This document shows, piece after piece, positions 12,060 through 20,568 of a DNA stretch of 20,568 bases. The notes beneath the pieces are model-generated. The model made no database searches. It worked only from the letters and a program-made list of their open reading frames with translations, and was not told the DNA's origin. The position numbers and the translations under genes were made by a program. Origin of the DNA: Ginkgo biloba. Its lineage: Eukaryota > Plantae > Ginkgophyta. Each line of letters opens with the position of its first letter. Position 1 is the first letter of the stretch. The stretch spans positions 12,282,063 through 12,302,630 of the forward strand of contig JANKJI020000001.1 of NCBI GenBank assembly GCA_024626585.2, read 5' to 3'.

Positions 12060-12495
12060 ATTATGGAGTCCAATCTAAGAACGAAAGAACATCCCCAAAA
12101 GATCATGATGGGAAGCTCGTGGGATCCAACACTTACAACAACATTAAACATATTTTAGGAGTACAAGAAGTTTTTCTCATGGACAGCATAATTTGGAAGG
12201 TGTCCTTCGTGAGTTGTGTGAGCATCGAATGGAATTCATATTAGACATAGAGCAAGTCAAGTGATGTCCATACCACATGAACTCGAAATGTACAATTGAG
12301 GTGGAGCAAGATATCAAGAAGATGCTAGATGTTGTAATTGTTTTCATTATAAGTACCATTGACTATGTCTAGCCTATTGTAATTTCATTGAAAAAAAATG
12401 GTGAGCTATGCATTTGTGTGGATTTTTCCAAATTGAATGTGATCATGAAAAAAGATCCTTTTCCAATTCCATTTTGATGTCCTATGTTGGATAGG
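12060..12495 (+). mobile_element. Non-chromovirus Ty3/Gypsy RT N-terminal fragment (Athila/Tat-related lineage); may extend left to 11814
   Basis: EYKKFFSWT..LEGVLRELCEHRME..VK*CPYHMN..DIKKMLD..PIVISLKKNGELCICVDFSKLNVIMKKDPFPIPF, matching the EYKDVFAW..HRI..WVSPIV..KKNG..CVDFRKLN..KDPFP pattern. Confidence 0.9.
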
Positions 12496-12986
12496 AGGGG
12501 ATAAGTACATTGAGAAATCTTCTTGTAGATGCCCTTAGACTAAGGAGACTCCACTTAGTTTGTTGTAATTAAAATTNNNNNNNNNNNNNNNNNNNNNNNN
12601 NNNNNNNNNNNNNNNNNNNNNNNNNNNNNNNNNNNNNNNNNNNNNNNNNNNNNNNNNNNNNNNNNNNNNNNNNNNNAATACAAGTCTAAAAATATATGTA
12701 GTTTCCTTTAAACTCCTTATATATTGCCTTCCCATAAAGTGTGAAACCCAATACTGAAATTTACAAAATCATAGATTTGATTAAGATTAATGTTCATAAT
12801 TAATTTAATAAATGCGTTGCATCTTTATTTTTCAATCCTAGTATTGTGCTAATTAACCACCTTCTTAAATATTCTTCTATTTTGTTTCTTCAATTTGAGA
12901 GATATTGTCACAATCTAGTGAAAACCTTTGACTAAAATTGTCTCTTAAGTTCATCTACATATCCCAATATGTAACTCAAATTAAAG

Positions 12987-13075
12987 GGTCGATGTAATTA
13001 GTGGTTGATGTAGTTCATAGAACATAGCCTTCCCCTAGAGAGGTTGTGGTTTGGATATTGTGACCATGGTTTGGA
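12987..13075 (+). mobile_element. Possible highly decayed tRNA-derived SINE head
   Basis: A-box-like tgtaattagtggt (12993-13005) and B-box-like gaggttgtggtttggatatt (13040-13059) at plausible spacing. No tail or TSD confirmed. Confidence 0.22.
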
Positions 13076-13203
13076 AGTGCACCTCTTTATTCTATTGTTA
13101 TGAGAATTATAGACGAGAGATCATCTAAAATAATGATACCCATGGATGAGTGCTTCATAACATTCTTTGATGTTATGGTATAAATTTTGCACACTTGAAA
13201 TTT

Positions 13204-13905
13204 TGAGGCGGTCTAAGGTGGTCTATGCCCATTGTTAGCCCACTATTGAGATAGTCTATGCCCTTGAGGCGATACTCAGTATCCCTTTGAGGGCACAAAT
13301 CAATCTATACCCTTGAGGTGATAATCAATACTAGAATAATAACTTGACATATTTACAATTTGCTAAAAGCATATGTCCCATTTTGACTATAATAATAGAC
13401 AATTTCCTTAGCTCCTTAACACTGCAAGACATAATTTAACTTCAACATTGTAATATGTAAATTTTTTTGAATACTATATAATTTTTTATTTTAAATAAAA
13501 TCTTGTCCATATGTTGCTATATCTCCATGAAATTAACAAGGCATCTCCCAAAGGCACAATAAAAAACTTGAATTTTGCACTTAATAAACCTGCCAATCGC
13601 AACTTAAATCATTAAAAAATGCCTCAAAGGTATAGAATTGTCTATAGTATCACCTCAAGGGTACATCATCAAGGGCATAGACCTATTTGTGCCCTCAGGG
13701 CGATACTGAGTATCGCCTAGGTGATGCAAGGCATCGCCTCAAGGGCACAAACCTGTTTTTGCACTTGGGCAATGCCAAATATCGCCTTGGGCGATATTGA
13801 GTATCACCTAGGTGACACCAGGCATTGCCTAGAAGGTACAAATTGATTGGTTCCCGCAAGGTGATACCAGGTATCACCTCAAGGCAATATTGGGTATCGC
13901 CTAAG
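13204..13905. repeat. Modular palindromic/inverted-repeat array, probably a non-autonomous DNA transposon or foldback-type element
   Basis: Eight units of consensus GGYGATAC-NNN-GTATCRCC. Inverted arms of about 50 bp at 13267-13316 and 13669-13718 flank an AT-rich core. Confidence 0.85.
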
Positions 13906-15835
13906 GGTTTACATGTTGATATTGCAACGTTTTATTCTTTTTTCTATTGCACACATTGATATTTCTACATTTTATTTTTAATTTTTTTAATTTTAGTATA
14001 AGGTTTTAATTTTTTTATTTATTTGATATTTTTTATATTTTATTTATAAAAGATTCAGGATATAAATAAGATGTTTTAAGTTTTTTTTTCAATATNNNNN
14101 NNNNNNNNNNNNNNNNNNNNNNNNNNNNNNNNNNNNNNNNNNNNNNNNNNNNNNNNNNNNNNNNNNNNNNNNNNNNNNNNNNNNNNNNNNNNNNNCAGCG
14201 AAAGAGGATTGCGCCATTACAAAAATTATGTATTAGCAGGCTGCTAGATAGCCTAGATAGTGTCCAAACAATTGTTAGGTAGTTCTAGATAGTTACTAGA
14301 CAATTTGGGAACAATTGCTAAACAATTTGTAAACTGTCAAAAATATTCATATATTTCTCTCTCCAGATCAATAAAACATCTACCTAGAGTAAGCAAAAAA
14401 GGAACCAGCACAAGTTCTTCTCCAAAGCAACTCTGAACCCTCCAACCTAGGACTCAAAGAAAGGATAGAAAAGTTGTGTAATGATTCCTTAGCAAAAAAA
14501 TTCAAATTTTATAGCAAAGTCTGGTGGCATCAAGAAGGTGATAAAAACACAAAATTCTTCAATCAAGTCGCAAAAAGAAGAAAGGAAACCACTAGGATTA
14601 GCTTTCTAGTTGGAGAGGATGATCAACTTAATTTCAATTAAGAGACCATTTGGAACATGATCTAGGATCACTATCAGATGCTTTGGCACACCACGGGCAT
14701 AAATTCCCAAAGACTTCAAGCTGCTAAAATCATGTTTGAGAAGATTTCATCTCTTCCGAACAAGACAACAATTGCCCTTAACAACCAATTGATGAGAGAC
14801 ATTTCCAACAAAGAAATAAAGGTGGAAATGAGCAAGACAGAACAAGGAAAAACACTAGGACTTGACAGCTTTCCTATTGAATTCTATTGGTTCTTGGCTG
14901 AAGATAAAATATTGCCTCTTCTTGAGATAGTCAGTCAAGAAACTTTTGCCAAAAGGATACTTGTACCCAACGATCAACGCTGCAGTGGTCACCCTCATCC
15001 CAAAGGTTTCCAAGCCCACCTATTGAAGACCAATCGGTCTTTGCAACTGCTTTAACAAAATAATAGCCAAGGTTATCGCACTAAGAATTGTGCCTTCAAT
15101 CCACAAGCTTGTGGAAGATTCTCAATCGACTTTCATTAGGAATTGAAGAATAGCCAATAATATAACCATGATTTCAGAAGCAATCCACATAGTCAGAACC
15201 AACAAAATTCCTAAGATGCTCCTCAAGCTTGAGGTTAGTAACGCATATGATACAGTAAAATGGGACTACATCTTGGCAGTCCTCAAATGCAAAGGGATCT
15301 CTTGCTTAGCTTTAAGATGGATTAGGGCAATCTTAAAGATGACAAATTTTCACATTATCGTCAATTGCAAACTCTCACCTGTCATATATGCTTCTAGGAG
15401 TATCAGGCAAGGCTATCTCCTCCTCTACCTTTATGTTCTCGCAACGCAAGGATTTTCAATTCCCCCCAAATGGCTTATGGATGTAGTTCTATTAAGCTAG
15501 ATGGAAAGCAAATGATGATTTCCCATCAATTATTCACAGATCACATAACATTGGTAAGATCCCAAAAATCGAGGAAGTAATAGCCTAGAATCAAAACTCT
15601 TAAGATCTACACCTCAACATTGGGTCAACAAATCAATACAATCAAATCCAAGCTCTTCGTATGGGGCGCCCCAAATGGACACAAGGAACAAGTGGCACAA
15701 CTTGACATTCCCTTAAGAAAGGATGATGAAATAATAACGTATTTGGGCATTCCGATGGGCTATAATAAATTAGAAGTTGATGAGTGGAAAATCTTTCAGC
15801 AATAAAATCAAAAGCAAACTAGATGCTTGGTCAAA

Positions 15836-16694
15836 TGATTTGTATCTCAGTGGGTGAGTTAGAATCTCCCAATGTAGTTAACTACAGATTCTTGTCTCTT
15901 TATTGGCTTCAACAAAATAAAATACAATTTTGCATCTAAATCATGCATGCAATCTTATTACTTGAATCTAAAATTTAAGAGCAGAATAGTTGGAACTCAC
16001 ATAGAATCTTACACAGATGCACAAGTTTTTCAACTGGAGAAACCCTCATGGGGAATAAAACTCTAGATTGGTATTAAGAAAAAAAATGTTCTCTCAACAA
16101 GAGATTATAATTCATGTGCTTATGCCTCTTTCTTAAGATGCAACTCATAGGGATTTGCACCAAAAATTTTAAGTCAATAATGGAGTGGATATTTTCAATC
16201 TCTAAAGACTCTNNNNNNNNNNNNNNNNNNNNNNNNNNNNNNNNNNNNNNNNNNNNNNNNNNNNNNNNNNNNNNNNNNNNNNNNNNNNNNNNNNNNNNNN
16301 NNNNNNNNNNNNCCTCACTTAATCTCTTTCCTTCCTGGACGTGTTTTCCTCCCTTATCAACTAAGGGAGCACTTTCTCACCTAGGATGAGGGCATCGTTG
16401 GGTCCCGTCTTGCTTAATATTTCTTCCCAGATGTTATTTCCTCTCTTATCGATTAAGGGAGCACTTTCTTACCTAGGACGAAAGCACAGCTAGGTCCCGC
16501 CTTCCTTTCTTTTCCTTCTTGGATNNNNNNNNNNGCTTTCTCCTCCCTTATCAATTAAGTAAGCGCTTTCTCACCCAGGACAAGGGTGCGACTGAGCTTA
16601 AGTTGAAGTGCATATTTATTTGAATCGCCAAAAAGTCCGAAAAGTGATTGTTCTTCATCCGAGGGAAACTACTCTACGATCTGAAAATGGATCA
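15836..16694 (-). mobile_element. Probable solo LTR nested in the LINE (orientation tentative)
   Basis: TGAT...ATCA termini with imperfect terminal inverted repeats. Flanked by TCAAA and CCAGA (degenerate 5-bp TSD). Removing it restores the LINE reading KLDAWSNRMLNLARRRIIF. Confidence 0.8.
16321..16590. repeat. Three copies of a roughly 92-102 bp unit inside the solo LTR
   Basis: Core cctcccttatcaactaagggagcactttctcacctagga recurs at 16348, 16440 and 16542. Confidence 0.9.
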
Positions 16695-18525
16695 CCAGAT
16701 AGGATGTTGAACTTGGCAAGAAGAAGAATTATCTTCCAGCCAACATTGGCTTAGATGNNNNNNNNNNNNNNNNNNNNNNNNNCAAAAACAGTATTAAGGA
16801 GATTGTGAAGCATGGCCATCAGATTTTTGTGGTCTCCATCCAAGAAACGATAAAGCCTTATTGTCTAGTGGATTAGGCTAAGGTTACTAGAAGTGTAAAG
16901 GAGGGAAGATTTTTGTGGTCTCCATCCCTACCTATTGTCAGATGTGCGTGGAGCAAAGAGATGTTGGGACTTCATTCAGCTTCATCAAGGTAAATGGAAT
17001 GAGGCCCTGGTAAGTAAGTATTGTGGAGGANNNNNNNNNNNNNNNNNNNNNNNNNNNNNNNNNNNNNNNNNNNNNNNNNNNNNNNNNNATGAAACACACA
17101 AATCACATTCATCAGAATTCATTTCATTCACCCAGAAGCATTGGGATCCAAACAGACTTTTGGCTAGATAAGGGGGTTGGCCCAAATCATATTCCCTTTG
17201 GGCAAAGAATTTAATACAGGCAAGTCATGAATCTCAGTGAAGCATTGGGCCTCACAAAGGTAGCTGATTTCTATGACTACCAAAACAACACCAAGAGGAA
17301 CATTGCTTTGCTCCGTACGAATGAAAATGGGTTTTTGGACNNNNNNNNNNNNNNNNNNNNNNNNNNNNNNNNNNNNNNNNNNNNNNNNNNNNNNNNNNNN
17401 NNNNNNNNNNNNNNNNNNNNNNNNNNNNNNNNNNNNNNNTTCATTTCTCCTACTCAGCTATTCACAACCAGAGACTTCTATGAATTTATTCATCTCAGAA
17501 CCAATGCCCCAAGAGACTATACTTACCAGGTAAGGTTGTCTTGGATTTGGTGGAACAAAGGCCAACCATGGAAGATTCTCATACATTGGAGGCTTGCACA
17601 CAAAGGATTCCTTTCCTCCAGAACTTACAGCAAATGGGGCATTCAAGGCACATTGCAATGTGTGAGATGTTTAAATGCCCCCTGAAGAATTGACCCATAT
17701 ATGTTGGGAATGTGAGGGAATCCAAAGAGTTTGGCTGAAAGTATTCGAGTTGTTTGGAGTTACCATGGTCTATTTTTCACAATATAACAAGCTTGCAGAC
17801 ATCATGGAGTTTATTTTCTCAACATCCTGGTCTATAGCTGTTCTCAAGTTTGAACAGGACAAAGCTGCCTACACAGTCTGGTTTCTAGTCTTCAAAGCAA
17901 CCCTTTCTTAAATTTGGAAGGCCCAGAACACCTTTTGTCATCAACAAATGGTTTGGCACCCAGACAGCATGGTTGCGGCAATCCTCAAGGAGGTGAAGGA
18001 CTGGATAAGAAATGCCAATCTGTCTCATGAAATCCTAGCTCAGGCCAATCAGTCTGTCACAGCTTTTGTCTCATTTCAGCTTAACCTTCTCAGAACACAC
18101 TAAGGGATTTAATTTGGAATGGAGGAGTTAGTGGTAACCAGTCCCTCAGAAAAAGAGGATACCAACCTCCTTTCGCTGGTCTGTATAAAGAAGTAGGAAA
18201 ACCCCCTCTCTCTGGTCAATCGGAAGCAGCAAGAAATTCTTCCTTTGATTTGGTTTCAGAGGAATTTGACCTCAGAAAATGTAGCAACTGTGCCGTCCCT
18301 TTCTCAGCTCTAAACACAGATTAGAAATCACTTCATTGCCTTCAAATCAGCACTCTGAACCTTATGCAGATCCCTGACCTTTCTCTGCTTTTCAGCTGAA
18401 CACCTCTATTCTAGTCTGAATGCTTTCTTAATCTGTAAATCAGATTGGTTCTGCTACTGATTGTTCTGTACCTTCCTTTTAATTCCAATAAAGAAAAATG
18501 TAATTAACTGCAAGTTAGACTAGAA

Positions 18526-18579
18526 ATGAATTGCTGCTTGGACTGCTGATTGATGAATTGTTGCTTGGACTGCTGATTG
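18526..18579. repeat. 27-bp tandem repeat, two copies, followed by partial 12-bp subrepeats
   Basis: atgaattgctgcttggactgctgattg / atgaattgttgcttggactgctgattg (1 mismatch). Confidence 0.9.
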
Positions 18580-18942
18580 AACTGCTGGTTGAACTGGAAT
18601 GGAGCTGTTGCTTGACTGAACTACGGGTTGAATCACCAAACAATAGTATACAAGGTGCTTGTGAGCCAACGGCGGTTTCTTATTGCTGTTAAGTGAATGG
18701 ATAGTCTTTCTTATATATGGAATATGTATGTTTGTGATCATTTTTCCGTAATTCTAAAATAATCTTCTTCAAGAGTTTTGGTATGGAGTTATTCTGTGCA
18801 TGTGATGTTGATTTTGTTGCATTTATGTTGACAAATATGTGTACCAAGTATGTGAGAATGCCAAAGCATCCGCTTTTTGACATATGCTGATACACTCCAA
18901 GTGCTAAATTTATGTCCTTGTGTCCCTTTTCACAATCAACAG

Positions 18943-19058
18943 CCCAATATCAGTTTGCATTGAGTCCTTGATAAGGAGATCTGAACTTGTCGAACCCTCT
19001 TCTTGTGAGGCAACTACACAAAATACCAGTTGCAATTCATTGAAGGAGAGCGCTCAAC
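18943..19058 (+). CDS. Internal coding exon of the host gene, 3' end lost in the gap at 19059-19158
   Basis: Acceptor context gtgctaaatttatgtccttgtgtcccttttcacaatcaacAG. Only the phase-2 frame is open: PISVCIESLIRRSELVEPSSCEATTQNTSCNSLKESAQ. Preceded by about 300 nt of T-rich intron-like sequence. Confidence 0.6.
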
Positions 19059-19158
19059 NNNNNNNNNNNNNNNNNNNNNNNNNNNNNNNNNNNNNNNNNN
19101 NNNNNNNNNNNNNNNNNNNNNNNNNNNNNNNNNNNNNNNNNNNNNNNNNNNNNNNNNN

Positions 19159-19350
19159 AACTAACATAGTTAAGAAGCTAAGAGGATTCTCAGGGTTAAC
19201 TACTTTCTATAGGAAATTCGTAAGAAACTATGCATCAATAGGGGCACCACTGACTGATCTAACAAAAAAGGATGCATTGACCTAGAACAAAAGGGTGGAG
19301 AAATAATTTGAAGAAATAAAGAAGGAATTAATCACCATTCTAGTATTATA
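19159..19350 (+). mobile_element. Ty3/Gypsy RT thumb/connection fragment
   Basis: [51 protein letters not shown] matches the LRGFLGLTGYYRKF..APLTDL motif. Confidence 0.92.
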
Positions 19351-19454
19351 AAGTATGAATTTCTTAATGAATGCTCGTAATCTAGTAGCTGCCCTAGTAT
19401 TCTGTTCAATGTGAAGGTTTACAACGATGCTAACACACGTTCAAATTATTGCAG

Positions 19455-20179
19455 ACATTGATAATGTTAAAAATAGCCCAATTCAAAGTCACAATCAGAT
19501 AATTGAGAAGGTCTCTGGATCGTCCTCTGATTCTCATCTGCAAGCAGTATATTCAGGAGCTCTCCTGCAGCAAAATACACCAGAAAATGATGCAGGTCAA
19601 AGTAACAAGACGCTTGGCTTCCCACTGGTTCTTCAGACATCACCTATGGTAGCATCCTTCACTTCAGAAGCCTCGGCACACAATAGCATGAAGTTAATGG
19701 TTCTGAAAAACTCATCTTCCGCCTCAGAAGAACATCTGCCTCAGTTGGCTTTGGAAAAAGAATTGCCAAACTCCCAGAATATACTTCCCAACAAGGGAAC
19801 ACAGGTCGATAAACACATGCATTATTCAAGCCAAAGTGTCATTGGTGCTTGTAATGATACATCGAATTCCCCGTTTGAAGCTTCAGAAAAGAACAAGGCA
19901 TCTGCTACTACGAAGAAAATGGAAGAATGTAGGGATTCAGTCAATGTGAGTGAAGGCCAAAGCTTCGCAAATTTGAAATCACATGCATATGGTAAAATTG
20001 GGTACTCGCCTTCACCTACTACACGCTCAAGTGGTGGGAGGAGAGCTCACAGTGTTTATGACTCTAGTCCAGTAGTAAAGCAGTACCCCTCTGATCCAAT
20101 TTTAATGACTCAAGTCCAACTTGTTTCTACTATTCAAAATAATGCTAGAGTGAGTGAATTACCATGCAGATCTTCTTTG
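19455..20179 (+). CDS. Large internal exon encoding a Ser/Asn/Gln-rich, probably disordered region
   Basis: Longest clean ORF in the window (19427-20206). Branch point TGCTAAC at 19428-19434, TTGCAG acceptor ending 19454 (phase 1, G|AC), and G|GTGAGT donor at 20180 (phase 0) shortly before the ORF stop. Confidence 0.8.
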
Positions 20180-20568
20180 GTGAGTTGCACAAGAGAGGGA
20201 AGTTAAAGGCACACACTAGTCTTAGTTACGAGACCAAATGAATCTAAAAATGTCATTGGTGGATTTTCTAAACCAGGTTGAAATTCATCGACTCACAATT
20301 TCATGGAGATCCAAAAGACTCCAAAAAATCTAATATTCGTATTGTGCATAATTTTCAAGATAAGTTGTCCAGTCAATGGAGAGAGACCAAACACTTTGGT
20401 CTAGGTTGGCCAAGTAGTGCATATCCTATGGATTATATTCCGAAAACAAAGAATTAAATTTGGCATATTTTTGGTGCAATAATAATTACAAACAAGAGGC
20501 ACATGGTAAAACTGCACAAAGTGAGTTCCCTTGGGTGCTTTCATTTGCTCTTTTGCGCTCAACCACCT

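Larger units (their letters stand above)
14365..18498 (+). mobile_element. 5'-truncated, degenerate L1-clade LINE (ORF2 RT, zf-RVT, 3' UTR)
   Basis: WWHQEGDKNTKFF (GDKNTKFF 14537-14560), KTLGLDSFPIEFY, KLEVSNAYDTVKW, RSIRQG, decayed FADD as FTDH (15533-15544), TYLGIP, RFLWS, TDFWLD, CVRC..THICWEC zinc finger (17659-17713), IWKAQN. Ends with AATAAA (18487-18492) and a short A run. No endonuclease or ORF1 seen; start approximate. Confidence 0.94.
1584..18942 (+). other. Giant transposon-filled GT-AG intron (17,359 nt as assembled, including gaps)
   Basis: GTATGC donor at 1584. CTAAA branch-like motif near 18904, pyrimidine tract and CAG acceptor ending at 18942. Splice phases are compatible (TG|C = Cys). 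Interior is almost all transposon remnants; extra exons could be hidden in gaps. Confidence 0.58.

Noticed and set aside
13699-13901. CRISPR array or bacterial REP/BIME interpretation of the palindromes
   Set aside because: Spacers are 2-4 nt or a repeated linker rather than unique 30-40 nt sequences; no cas genes; the context is a plant transposon-rich intron.
14235-14340. Short degenerate ctagatag/acaatt repeats before the LINE
   Set aside because: No stable period or boundaries, and no TSD pairing with the LINE 3' flank was found.
18920-19285. 121-aa ORF as a host-retrotransposon fusion protein
   Set aside because: The two halves are joined only through a 100-N gap of unknown size, so frame continuity is arbitrary.
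19427-20206. Stand-alone single-exon 259-aa gene
   Set aside because: The ATG overlaps a branch-point motif, and strong acceptor and donor sites lie just inside both ends; an internal exon explains it better.
20384-20402. Hairpin agaccaaa-cac-tttggtct
   Set aside because: Single 8-bp stem with no supporting context; can occur by chance.

Overview
AT-rich, gappy draft sequence from a eukaryote, most likely a large-genome land plant such as a fern or gymnosperm (inferred from the transposon types and intron size). The window reads best as part of one plus-strand protein-coding gene that I cannot identify. It has a 72-nt exon (1512-1583), a giant intron of about 17.4 kb, an exon running into a gap (18943-19058+) and a 725-nt Ser-rich exon (19455-20179). 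The intron is packed with decayed, partly nested transposons: a chromovirus-type Ty3/Gypsy pol with polypurine tract (PPT) and 3' LTR, a long LTR-like block, a Ty1/Copia 3' end, a non-chromovirus Gypsy RT fragment, and a 5'-truncated L1-clade LINE interrupted by a probable solo LTR. The least explained sequences are a modular array of 19-bp palindromes (13.2-13.9 kb) and a 2.4-kb block with two old duplications (2.4-4.8 kb). I see no intact novel multi-gene system. Most listed ORFs are N-gap artefacts or transposon fragments.
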